A stretch of DNA of 43,161 nucleotides from a bacterium (GTDB lineage Bacteria > Bacteroidota > Bacteroidia > Bacteroidales > UBA932). A program made the position numbers and the translations under genes. Positions 28,978 to 37,609 of the stretch are shown one piece after another. Under the pieces are notes generated by a model. It did not search any database, had not been told where the DNA came from, and saw only the letters and a list, made by a program, of their open reading frames with translations. The stretch is taken from assembly GCA_963607915.1 (NCBI GenBank), contig CAVDEO010000005.1, positions 1 through 43,161 of the forward strand, written 5' to 3'. The first letter of the stretch is position 1; each line of letters begins with the position of its first letter.

Positions 28978-31302
28978 ATGAAAAAGAATAATATCGTTTT
29001 TGCGGCTCTGCTCTCGGCCGCGGCATTGGTCTCCTGCCAGAAAGAGATTGAGCAGACCCCGGACTCACGGGAGGAAAACGGGACTGAGACGGTTGAAGGC
29101 CTGACCTTCAAGGCGGTGGCCGATGAAATCACCAGGACGGACATAGACGCTTCTACAGGCGCGGTGACCTGGACCAAATGGGATGCGATTTCCCTTTTTG
29201 ACGGAACGGGAGCCGCACACAAACTCGACGGCTACACCAAGGACAAGAAATATGTGAACACCCTTGGAGCCGGAACGACTGCGATTTTCAAGCCGAGCAC
29301 TGAAGACGACCGCGCGGTTGAGGGCAAGGCTAAATACTACGCGATGTGCCCGAGGGACGGTGACGCCTGCTGCGATGTGGAGAACGGAGTCTTCGATTTC
29401 TGGCTGATAGACTGTCAGAAGGGTAACAAGGACGGATTCTCCTATGTCCGCACGGTGGATGGCCGGCATATGAACTATTCAGTGGCGATGACCACCGACC
29501 CTGAAAACAATCCGCTCGTTTTCAAGAACGCGGTCACGCAGCTCAAAATCACAGTGCCGGAGTTTCTCGACGGCAAGGTGACCCACATCGCCATAATCCC
29601 GCTCGGCGGAGAGTACATCGCAGGTGACACCGAAGTCGTTCTCGGAGAAGACGGCAACATCACCACTGTGGTCGGACGTTATGCCTACAACGACAACGGT
29701 ACAGGCTCGAAATATCAGGCGGTCTATCTTTTCCCGGACATCAACACCGACCGCTATGCAATCACCGGGGCGACATTCGAAGCCGGAACCTACTATGCCG
29801 CCATCCGCAATGCCACCCTCAGCAAGGGACTGCTCATAGAGTACAGGACGACTAAGTCCGGAAGTGCGCAAAACGCTACATCGGTGGACGCGATTGCGAC
29901 AAAGAGCACGAGCTTGACAACGACTCTCGAGAGGGCGCACCTCTACAATATGGGTTCAATCGGCGACACTCCGTCAAAGGCGTCCGCAGGGGTCGGAGTG
30001 ACATCCCTGCCATACAGTTTCTCGTTCTACTGCGCCACCGCGAACAACGATGACGGTAAATACATAACCAAGGGTTCTCTCTCGGAAACGGTACACACAA
30101 TGGTTGACGGAGCATATTCCGGCAATGTGTATAAGCAGTATTCCGGAGTTGCCGCAACGGAAAAGGACGAGACTGTCGGGGCGAGTCTGTCGCTCTCTGC
30201 GGTCACCTACTACAAGGCAGGTTCAACCGAAAAGTCTGCTAACAAAGTGTTCAATTTCTGGGCGCAGAATACTCAGGCACACGACAATCTCAACACAAGA
30301 AATATGTGCACCAGATACGGCATCGGCGGTCTTCCGTTCGAATGCGGAGAATTTCTCACGATTCCGCTTCAGACGGATATTCCTTCGGCATTTACTGTTT
30401 CTTTCGGAATTTATTATGCCGGTTCCTGGGGGATGAAAAACTGGAATGTCTATTATTCCAATGACAATGTCTCCTGGATAAGGGCGGGTGAAACCGTCGA
30501 ACTGACAAATGTCGGGGCAAGCGGGAAATACTATATGTATTTTCAGGTTAAGGAGAATAATTGCCCTATAGCCCTCAAAAAGGGTGGAATGCTGTATCTG
30601 AAGATAGTCCCTGTCGGGAAAGCATCCAAGGAGAGCACAAGTTGCGACGGCTTCGGCGCAGAAAATTCAGGTACCGGACAGCATCGTCTCCATTCTTCGA
30701 TAACCATATCTCCGGCTGAAGTGAAGGCAAGTACAGCCGAGTCCGGGGCAGTTCTTTTTGAAGGCTTCGACAGCTTCAACGGAGGTCTTGACTACTTCGT
30801 CGGTGACAGGCTTGCCGGTATGGCGAACTTCTGCGGTGCGGAGGCTTCACTTTCCGGATATGCGCTCGGCAATGTCTATCAGCGCCCGGGCTATGCCCAG
30901 ATAGGATATGTGGATTCGCAGACGATGGCAAGTGATGGCGATATGACCACGACGAACCTCCTCGGTTCGCTCATCACTCCGGCACTCGGCAAGGCCGGCG
31001 ATCTAAGACTCAGTTTCAAGGCCTGCGCCTACCGCTCGCCTGCAAGCGGTAGAACGAACGCGCCGGACAAGCCGAATACAGACTGCACCACCCCTGACCT
31101 CACCACCATACGTCTCAACATCACCGGTGGCGGCACAATCGACGGCGCGACGACGATCGACATCGAAAATGTCTCAGTGAGCGGGTGGCAGACCATAACG
31201 AAGACCATCACCGGAGCGACGGCCGACACCAAAGTCGAGTTCACCTCTCCGACTGACGGCCTCTTCCACCGCTGGTTCCTCGACGACATCTGCGTGAAGT
31301 AG
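28978..31302 (+). CDS. Fimbrillin/type V pilin-like lipoprotein with C-terminal putative ligand-binding module (tip adhesin-like)
   Basis: Lipobox LVSC; LTFKA...TRT...W...DAISLF...YYAMCP...Q...LVFKN...LKITV pattern typical of Bacteroidales fimbrillin N-domains; C-terminal module shared with 24987-27248. Confidence 0.7.
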   Translation: MKKNNIVFAALLSAAALVSCQKEIEQTPDSREENGTETVEGLTFKAVADEITRTDIDASTGAVTWTKWDAISLFDGTGAAHKLDGYTKDKKYVNTLGAGTTAIFKPSTEDDRAVEGKAKYYAMCPRDGDACCDVENGVFDFWLIDCQKGNKDGFSYVRTVDGRHMNYSVAMTTDPENNPLVFKNAVTQLKITVPEFLDGKVTHIAIIPLGGEYIAGDTEVVLGEDGNITTVVGRYAYNDNGTGSKYQAVYLFPDINTDRYAITGATFEAGTYYAAIRNATLSKGLLIEYRTTKSGSAQNATSVDAIATKSTSLTTTLERAHLYNMGSIGDTPSKASAGVGVTSLPYSFSFYCATANNDDGKYITKGSLSETVHTMVDGAYSGNVYKQYSGVAATEKDETVGASLSLSAVTYYKAGSTEKSANKVFNFWAQNTQAHDNLNTRNMCTRYGIGGLPFECGEFLTIPLQTDIPSAFTVSFGIYYAGSWGMKNWNVYYSNDNVSWIRAGETVELTNVGASGKYYMYFQVKENNCPIALKKGGMLYLKIVPVGKASKESTSCDGFGAENSGTGQHRLHSSITISPAEVKASTAESGAVLFEGFDSFNGGLDYFVGDRLAGMANFCGAEASLSGYALGNVYQRPGYAQIGYVDSQTMASDGDMTTTNLLGSLITPALGKAGDLRLSFKACAYRSPASGRTNAPDKPNTDCTTPDLTTIRLNITGGGTIDGATTIDIENVSVSGWQTITKTITGATADTKVEFTSPTDGLFHRWFLDDICVK

Positions 31303-31321
31303 TCACATTTTTAGGTCAATC

Positions 31322-31435
31322 TGCACTGCTTTTTGTGCGCTTTTTATGAAAAATGCACTGAAAGCAGTGCATTTTTGCAGAATTTTGCACCGAAAGCAGT
31401 GCATTTTTGCAAGATTCTGCACTGTTTTCAGTGCA
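31322..31435. promoter_or_regulatory. Four palindromic boxes TGCACTG-N4-CAGTGCA at exact 32-bp period (operator-like array)
   Basis: Starts 31322 (right half degenerate), 31354, 31386, 31418; followed by -7 box TATATTTG at 31443-31450. Confidence 0.75.
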
Positions 31436-31470
31436 GAATTGCTATATTTGCGGCGTAAACATCAGAAGAT

Positions 31471-32646
31471 ATGGATAATCTGCTACAGTCTCACAAGCTT
31501 CGCCTTGATATGGCGCCGACCGCTTATGTCCGTTCCTTTCACGACACCATCAATTGGAAGAACCGGCTGATAGGCATTCTCGGACAGAAAGGGGTCGGGA
31601 AATCGACGATGATGCTCCAGCACATAAAGCTTTATGACAAGCCGGGGGAGTCCCTTTATGTACAGTCCGACGATTTCTACTTTGCGGGGCATCGCCTCTA
31701 CGATCTTGCACTGAACTTCTTTCAGAACGGAGGGAGACGGCTTTATGTCGATGAAATCCATAAATATCCCGGATGGTCCACGGAGATAAAGATGATATAT
31801 GACCAGATTCCTCTGCTCAGCATCGTCTATTCCGGAAGTTCGATACTCGACCTGCGGAAGGGAGGGAAGGCGGATTTGAGCCGCAGGGCGCTTGAATACA
31901 CGATGCCGATTCTTTCGTTCCGGGAATATCTCAACATTTCCCTGGGCTGGTCGCTCGGGACATCCCCGCTTGATGAAATCCTTGCCGGGAGGGTCGATTT
32001 CCCCTACGGAGAGCACCGTCCGATAAAGTACTATCGGGACTATCTCCGGCAGGGCTGCTACCCCTATTTTTCCGAGGAGGATTTCCCGGTGAAACTGAAA
32101 CAGGCGGTCAACGCGACGGTGGAGGACGACATTCCGAAATATGCTGAGATGACAGTCGCCGCGTCCGCCAAACTCAAGAAGCTGATGTATATGCTTGCGA
32201 TGTCGGTTCCGTACAAACCGAACTATGCCACGCTTGCCCGTGACCTCGACATCAGCCGGAACACTCTTCCGGACTATGTCGAGTGTCTGGAGAAATCCGG
32301 ACTTTTCAATGCGCTCCGGGAGAAATCCACGGGTGACGGCCTGCTTCAGAAAATCGAGAAGCTCTATCTCAACAACGCGAACATAATCTACGCACTCGGT
32401 GCGGAGAACGCCGATGAGGGGACAATCCGCGAGACGATGTTTCTTGCGTGGATGAAAGAGCGGTACTCTGTATATTCCTCAAAAATCTCCGATTTCGAAA
32501 TAGACGGCATCACCTTCGAAGTCGGTGGTAAGAACAAGAAAGGCCGTCAGCTGAAGGATGCCGGCTCCGGCATCATCGTGAAGGATGACATCGAGTATGC
32601 CGTCGGAAAGTGCGTGCCGATCTGGATGTTCGGCTTTGTGTATTGA
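31471..32646 (+). CDS. AAA_14-family ATPase with HTH and C-terminal nuclease-like region
   Basis: GQKGVGKST, YVDEIHKY, YSGSS, ADLSRR, LARDLDISRNTL (HTH), DF..D...FEVGGKNK. Confidence 0.88.
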   Translation: MDNLLQSHKLRLDMAPTAYVRSFHDTINWKNRLIGILGQKGVGKSTMMLQHIKLYDKPGESLYVQSDDFYFAGHRLYDLALNFFQNGGRRLYVDEIHKYPGWSTEIKMIYDQIPLLSIVYSGSSILDLRKGGKADLSRRALEYTMPILSFREYLNISLGWSLGTSPLDEILAGRVDFPYGEHRPIKYYRDYLRQGCYPYFSEEDFPVKLKQAVNATVEDDIPKYAEMTVAASAKLKKLMYMLAMSVPYKPNYATLARDLDISRNTLPDYVECLEKSGLFNALREKSTGDGLLQKIEKLYLNNANIIYALGAENADEGTIRETMFLAWMKERYSVYSSKISDFEIDGITFEVGGKNKKGRQLKDAGSGIIVKDDIEYAVGKCVPIWMFGFVY

Positions 32647-32683
32647 GTTCAGAATATTTTTAAAGGCTGCTGAATATATCGCT

Positions 32684-35600
32684 ATGAAGACAAACAAGTT
32701 GGTTGCGGCAATCGCGGCGGTGCTCTTCGGAGGCTGGCTGTGCGGGTGTTCGTCAAATCAGAGGACGGAGAACATCGCCCTGAACAGGGCGGTCTGCGCT
32801 TCGTCGAATTATGACTACAATCTCACGGCCCAGCTCGTCACGGACGGGGTCATTGAAACCTCCGAACCCGCTCTGGTGAAAGTCAGCACGGCAAAGGGGG
32901 AACTGCCCCGCAGGGAGAGGCTCTGGACGATTGATGCAGGCCCGTATTCTCTGAACAGGCTTGAGGCCCGCGATTTCCTTGACTACGAATGGAGTACTCA
33001 GACATTCACGGCCGGATGCGTGAGAGTGCGGGGCCATATGGCATATTCCGGCAACCCGGTCGGGAACTGGACGCTGCGCTGCTATGCCGCCTGCGCCGCT
33101 TCGGACGGGATGAAGCTTGTCGGAAGCCTTTCAGGGAAAGGGCTGCCCGGGAAGAAACGGAACAAGTTCGAGACCGTTTCCGACCCTAACAAGCAGTCGG
33201 AGCAGATCAGCCTTCCGACTTGCGGGATGGATCTTGAGATTCCGCTTTCAGGGGCGGAGAATTTCAGCCGTTTCCGCGTGGAGTTCGATTTTCCGGATGC
33301 CTCTCTGCTTGCGGTGAAGTCGGTGGACTTCTCGGAAGACGGGCATTTCGGCAAAAGCACAGACTCGGGTCCGTATGATTCCAGGGAGTCACGCGGGATG
33401 AGCGTCCTGCCGTCCGAGGTCTTCTCAAGCGCGTGGATGAGCGAAGACTCGTCTCCGCAGTGGGTCAGCATAGATTTCGGCTCGAAGCGGAAGTTCAACG
33501 GAATCCGTATGCATTGGATTCATAAGCCCGAGAGCGGATATGTCGAGATTTCAGATGATGCCAGGAACTGGAAAAGGATTGCGCAGATGCCTCAGACTGA
33601 CTCTCTTACCTTTTCTCTCGCGGCATCGGGCAGGGCGCGTCATATCCGCCTCTCTATGGAGGGCGCTGACGCGGGCGGACATTTCGTGCTGAGCGAGATG
33701 GAGGTCTTCGGCCCGGCTGCAGACGGCAAACCGGTGTCAAGGCCGAAGGGAATCTTCGGCAAGGCTGCGGAGCCGGGCTGGAAACTTCAGCGGGCTTCTC
33801 TGGTCTCCGGCGGGGGTGAACAGATTTCCTCGCCGGGCTATGACGACTCGCTCTGGCTACCGGCTGTCGTCCCGGGGACTGTCCTCTACAGCTACATCGC
33901 CGCAGGAGCGGTACCCGATCCGGCGATTGCCGACAACAATCAGCAGATTTCCGAGTCCTTCTTCAATTCGGACTTCTGGTACAGGTGGACTCCGGACAAT
34001 GCCGAAGTTTCGCGGCTTCTCGGCTCGCTTGACCGTAAGAAGGGCGACAGGGCTGTCATCGCCTTCGACGGAATCAACTGGAAGGCCGAGGTCTATGTGA
34101 ACGGCAGATTCGCCGGGGACATCGCCGGGGCTTTCAAGCGGGCCCGCTTCGATGTCACGGACCTGCTCCTGGACGCTGACAACGCCGTTGCGGTGCGCAT
34201 AATGAAGAACGCCCATTACGGGGCGGCCAAGGAGAAGAACGCCGAGAGCCCGGACTTCAACGGAGGGCAGCTCGGGGCTGACAACCCGACATTCCACGCC
34301 TCGATAGGCTGGGACTGGATTCCGACCGTGCGGGGGCGAAATGCGGGAATATGGAACGATGTGCGCCTCGAAAGGGAGGCTGCGGTACGGCTTTCCGACC
34401 CTCTCGTGAGCAGCAGTCTGAAGGGCGGTCTCGCATCGATGTCGCTGTCCGTCAAAGCGGAGAACTCTTCGGTGCGTGAGATAAGCGGTGTCCTCAGGGG
34501 AAGTCTTTCCGACATCAGCTTCTCAAGGAATATCACTCTCAAGGCGGGAGAGAGCAGCACCGTTATTTTCACTCCGGAGGAATATCCTCAGCTCAAAGAG
34601 CGGGAAATCGCCCTCTGGTGGCCGAACGGCTACGGCGAACCGGCTTTGCACGACGCTTCGTTCAGCTTCATCCCAGAAGGCGCGGAAGAGGCTGTCGATT
34701 CGATATCCTGGCGTGCGGGCATAAGGGAGTTCACCTATGCGGACGCGAAGACTTCACTCAAGCTGTTCATCAACGGGCGCAGGCTCTTCCCGAAGGGAGG
34801 CAACTGGGGATTCAGCGAGTACAATCTCCGCTACGGAGCGAAAGAATACGACACTGCGGTCAGGATGCACAGGGATATGAACCTCAATATGATCCGCAAC
34901 TGGGTGGGGCAGACAGGAGACGAGGAGTTCTACGACGCCTGCGACAGGTACGGCATCGTGGTGTGGCAGGATTTCTGGCTCGCCAACCCGGCTGACGGCC
35001 CTGACCCGGACGACAACGGAATGTTCCTCGACAATGCCCGTGATTATGTCAGCCTCATCCGCAGGCATCCTTCCGTCGGCCTGTACTGCGGGCGCAACGA
35101 GGGCTATCCGCCGGCCGAACTGAACGCCGGGCTTGAGAAAACCGTAAGAGGACTGCATCCGGACATACTCTACATCCCGAACTCGGCTGATGACGGCGTG
35201 AGCGGCCACGGACCTTACCGCGCAGTTGAGCCGTCCTTCTATTTCGAGAATCCTACCTCTATGTTCCACAGCGAGAGGGGGATGCCGGCAGTGATGGACT
35301 TTGAGAGCCTGTCGCAGATGCTCACCGGGGAACATCTCTGGCCTTTCGACGATGTCTGGGGGCAGCACGATTTCACCAGGACGGGTGCGCAGGGCGATGC
35401 GGCATTCATAGAACTTGTGCGCGGCCGTTTCGGCGACCAGGCTCTGGAATCGGCGGAGAAATTCGCCCGCTATGCCCAGTGGATAAACTACGACGGCTAC
35501 CGTGCAATGTACGAGGCGAACAATGTCGACCGTCACGGCCTGCTTATCTGGATGTCCCACAGCGCCTGGCCGAGCCTCGCCTGGCAGACCTACGACTACT

Positions 35601-36040
35601 GGTTCCGGACGACGGCCGCCTGCGCCGCAGTGAAGAAGGCCTGCGAACCGCTGCACATCCAGCTGAACCCCGCCACCCGCAGCGTGGAGGTGGTGAATGT
35701 CAGCGGTGCGGATCTTACGGACCTTTCGGCCTGCGTCACCGCAGTCAATCCGGCAGGGGAGCAGTTGTATTCGAAGTCAGCCGTTTTGAGCCCTGAGGAC
35801 GACAGCACGACTCCGGCCATCGACATTTCCGACGTTCCGGACGGCCTCTGCATAGTGGAACTGACTCTGACTTCCGCTGACGGAAAAGTCCTTTCCGAGA
35901 ACCGCTACTTCAGGAATTTCCGCTCCGGGAAAGACACCGGCGACTACCGCGCCCTTGTCGGCACGCACTGGCTGGATGATGAGTTTCTTGCCGACAGCCC
36001 GGCAAGGAAGCCGGTGCAGAAGGCAATCTGCAGGTTGTAA
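32684..36040 (+). CDS. Glycoside hydrolase family 2 (beta-mannosidase/exo-beta-glucosaminidase-like) with discoidin/F5-8 domain, lipoprotein
   Basis: PAVVPGTVL, FDGINWKA, GWDWIP, KGGNWG, NMIRNWVG, VWQDFW, HPS...GRNE, SERG; signal peptide from ATG 32684 (LCGC). Confidence 0.88.
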   Translation: MKTNKLVAAIAAVLFGGWLCGCSSNQRTENIALNRAVCASSNYDYNLTAQLVTDGVIETSEPALVKVSTAKGELPRRERLWTIDAGPYSLNRLEARDFLDYEWSTQTFTAGCVRVRGHMAYSGNPVGNWTLRCYAACAASDGMKLVGSLSGKGLPGKKRNKFETVSDPNKQSEQISLPTCGMDLEIPLSGAENFSRFRVEFDFPDASLLAVKSVDFSEDGHFGKSTDSGPYDSRESRGMSVLPSEVFSSAWMSEDSSPQWVSIDFGSKRKFNGIRMHWIHKPESGYVEISDDARNWKRIAQMPQTDSLTFSLAASGRARHIRLSMEGADAGGHFVLSEMEVFGPAADGKPVSRPKGIFGKAAEPGWKLQRASLVSGGGEQISSPGYDDSLWLPAVVPGTVLYSYIAAGAVPDPAIADNNQQISESFFNSDFWYRWTPDNAEVSRLLGSLDRKKGDRAVIAFDGINWKAEVYVNGRFAGDIAGAFKRARFDVTDLLLDADNAVAVRIMKNAHYGAAKEKNAESPDFNGGQLGADNPTFHASIGWDWIPTVRGRNAGIWNDVRLEREAAVRLSDPLVSSSLKGGLASMSLSVKAENSSVREISGVLRGSLSDISFSRNITLKAGESSTVIFTPEEYPQLKEREIALWWPNGYGEPALHDASFSFIPEGAEEAVDSISWRAGIREFTYADAKTSLKLFINGRRLFPKGGNWGFSEYNLRYGAKEYDTAVRMHRDMNLNMIRNWVGQTGDEEFYDACDRYGIVVWQDFWLANPADGPDPDDNGMFLDNARDYVSLIRRHPSVGLYCGRNEGYPPAELNAGLEKTVRGLHPDILYIPNSADDGVSGHGPYRAVEPSFYFENPTSMFHSERGMPAVMDFESLSQMLTGEHLWPFDDVWGQHDFTRTGAQGDAAFIELVRGRFGDQALESAEKFARYAQWINYDGYRAMYEANNVDRHGLLIWMSHSAWPSLAWQTYDYWFRTTAACAAVKKACEPLHIQLNPATRSVEVVNVSGADLTDLSACVTAVNPAGEQLYSKSAVLSPEDDSTTPAIDISDVPDGLCIVELTLTSADGKVLSENRYFRNFRSGKDTGDYRALVGTHWLDDEFLADSPARKPVQKAICRL

Positions 36041-37392
36041 CCGCCGGTGTCCGCGTCGAGGTCGAGCAGTTCTCCCGCGAAATGCAGTCCGGGAATGAGT
36101 TTGGACTCCAGATTCTTTTTGTTCACCTCGTCGGTCGCCACGCCGCCGGCGGTGACCACACAGCGTTCGTAGCCGACAAAGCCGGCAAGCGGCAGTTTCC
36201 AGTCTTTCAGCGCTTTTCCGAGCGTGCGGCTGTCAAGACCGGGGTTTGACGAGGAAAAAGGCCGGATGAGCTCCTTCGGAAGCAGTTTCGTGAGCAGCAC
36301 CGCGAAACGCTCCCTGTATGGGCGCAGCGTCTGTCGGCCGCGCACGAGGGTGAAGCTTCTCCGGTCGGAGGCGATTTCCTGCCACAGGCTGTCGATTCTC
36401 TTTTCCAGCTGATCCGCTTCGACGGCCGGTTTGAGGTCAATGTGCGCGGTCACTCTCGCCCCGTTGATCATCGCTTTCACGGCTTTTCGGCTGAGTCTGA
36501 AACCAAGCGGCCCTTCGAGGCCTCCATCGGTGAAATCGAGGTCTCCGAAATCGGAATCCGTGATGTTCCCGTCAATCTCAACCGTGAGTCTCACGTTCTT
36601 GAGCTGAATCCCGGCGAGCTGACGGCCCCACTCCGTGGGGGGAACGGAACGGTCGATGTGCCCTTTCGCACCGACATTCTTGTATCCCGCCGGGACAAGC
36701 GCCGTGAGCGAAGGGAAAAGCCCGCTGATTCTGTGTCCGAACCTCTCCGCCCATCCGTAGCCGTCTCCCGTGGAGCCTGTGCCGGGGTAGGAGAGTCCTC
36801 CTGTCGTGATGATGAGCTTGTCCGAGCTGAAGTCGCCGCAGCCCGTCGAGACTGTGAACCTGCCGTCCGCATTCCTGCCGACATTGAAGACCTCGCAGCC
36901 GGTGACAATCTCCGCCCCCGCCTCCCTGGCCATCGCGAGCAGCACATCGACCACGTCGGCCGACCTGTGGGATTCCGGAAACACCCTGTCGCCACGTTCC
37001 ACCACGCAGGGACATCCGTGAGCCTCAATCATTTCCATCATCCTGCGCGGGGGCAGGGAGAAGAACGCCGGCTTGAGAAAATCCGCCTTCGGATGCACAT
37101 GCCGCGAGAAATCATTCCACTCGGACATATTCGTGAAATTGCAGCGCCCCTTGCCGCTGATCATGATTTTTCGTCCGACCTTCGGCATCTTTTCCAGAAC
37201 GGTCACTTTAACCGTGGAGTCTTTCCGCCCGGCCGTATCTTCTCCCGATTCCGCAAGCCCTGTAAGCCCTGTAAGCCCTGTAAGCCCTGTAAGCCCCGTA
37301 AGACCAGCACCGCCGGCCGCTCCGACCGCCGCCATAAGGCCGGCCGCCCCTCCTCCTATGATGAGAATGTCGCTGTATCTTTCCTTTTCCAT
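35944..37392 (-). CDS. HI0933/YhiN (BaiN-like) NAD(P)/FAD-dependent oxidoreductase
   Basis: IIGGGAAGLMAA, GRKIMISGKGRCNFTN, TGGLSYPGTGSTGDGY, VTAGGV, GELLD.D..TGGYNLQ. Confidence 0.93.
   Translation of the reverse strand: MEKERYSDILIIGGGAAGLMAAVGAAGGAGLTGLTGLTGLTGLTGLAESGEDTAGRKDSTVKVTVLEKMPKVGRKIMISGKGRCNFTNMSEWNDFSRHVHPKADFLKPAFFSLPPRRMMEMIEAHGCPCVVERGDRVFPESHRSADVVDVLLAMAREAGAEIVTGCEVFNVGRNADGRFTVSTGCGDFSSDKLIITTGGLSYPGTGSTGDGYGWAERFGHRISGLFPSLTALVPAGYKNVGAKGHIDRSVPPTEWGRQLAGIQLKNVRLTVEIDGNITDSDFGDLDFTDGGLEGPLGFRLSRKAVKAMINGARVTAHIDLKPAVEADQLEKRIDSLWQEIASDRRSFTLVRGRQTLRPYRERFAVLLTKLLPKELIRPFSSSNPGLDSRTLGKALKDWKLPLAGFVGYERCVVTAGGVATDEVNKKNLESKLIPGLHFAGELLDLDADTGGYNLQIAFCTGFLAGLSARNSSSSQCVPTRAR
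37255..37305. repeat. 9-bp tandem repeat (AAGCCCTGT)x~5.7 encoding GLT repeats in the HI0933 protein
   Basis: Read directly; protein GLTGLTGLTGLTGLTGLA. Confidence 0.9.
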
Positions 37393-37536
37393 TGTGATTC
37401 CATATGTTCATACATCTCAGGATATGAAGAAATATATTCCCGAATGCAGAAAATTTGTCCGGACGATGAGATATATTCAGAAAATTACTATCTTTGCAGT
37501 CCTTTCTTCGGACAGCGTCCGCAGATTGAGGCCAAA

Positions 37537-37609
37537 GCCAGTTTAGCTTAGTTGGTAGAGCATCGCATTCGTAACGCGAAGGTCGTGGGTTCGACTCCCA
37601 TAGCTGGCT
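37537..37609 (+). tRNA. tRNA-Thr(CGT)
   Basis: Acceptor GCCAGTT/AGCTGGC, D arm GCTT..GAGC, anticodon loop TT-CGT-AA, T arm GTGGG-TTCGACT-CCCAT; CCA not encoded; -7 box TATCTTTG at 37489. Confidence 0.93.

Noticed and set aside
31322..31435. CRISPR array
   Set aside because: Spacers are only 14 bp and resemble each other, the period is 32 bp, and no cas genes are present
37537..37609. tRNA-targeted genomic island
   Set aside because: No duplicated tRNA 3' end or integrase seen in the window
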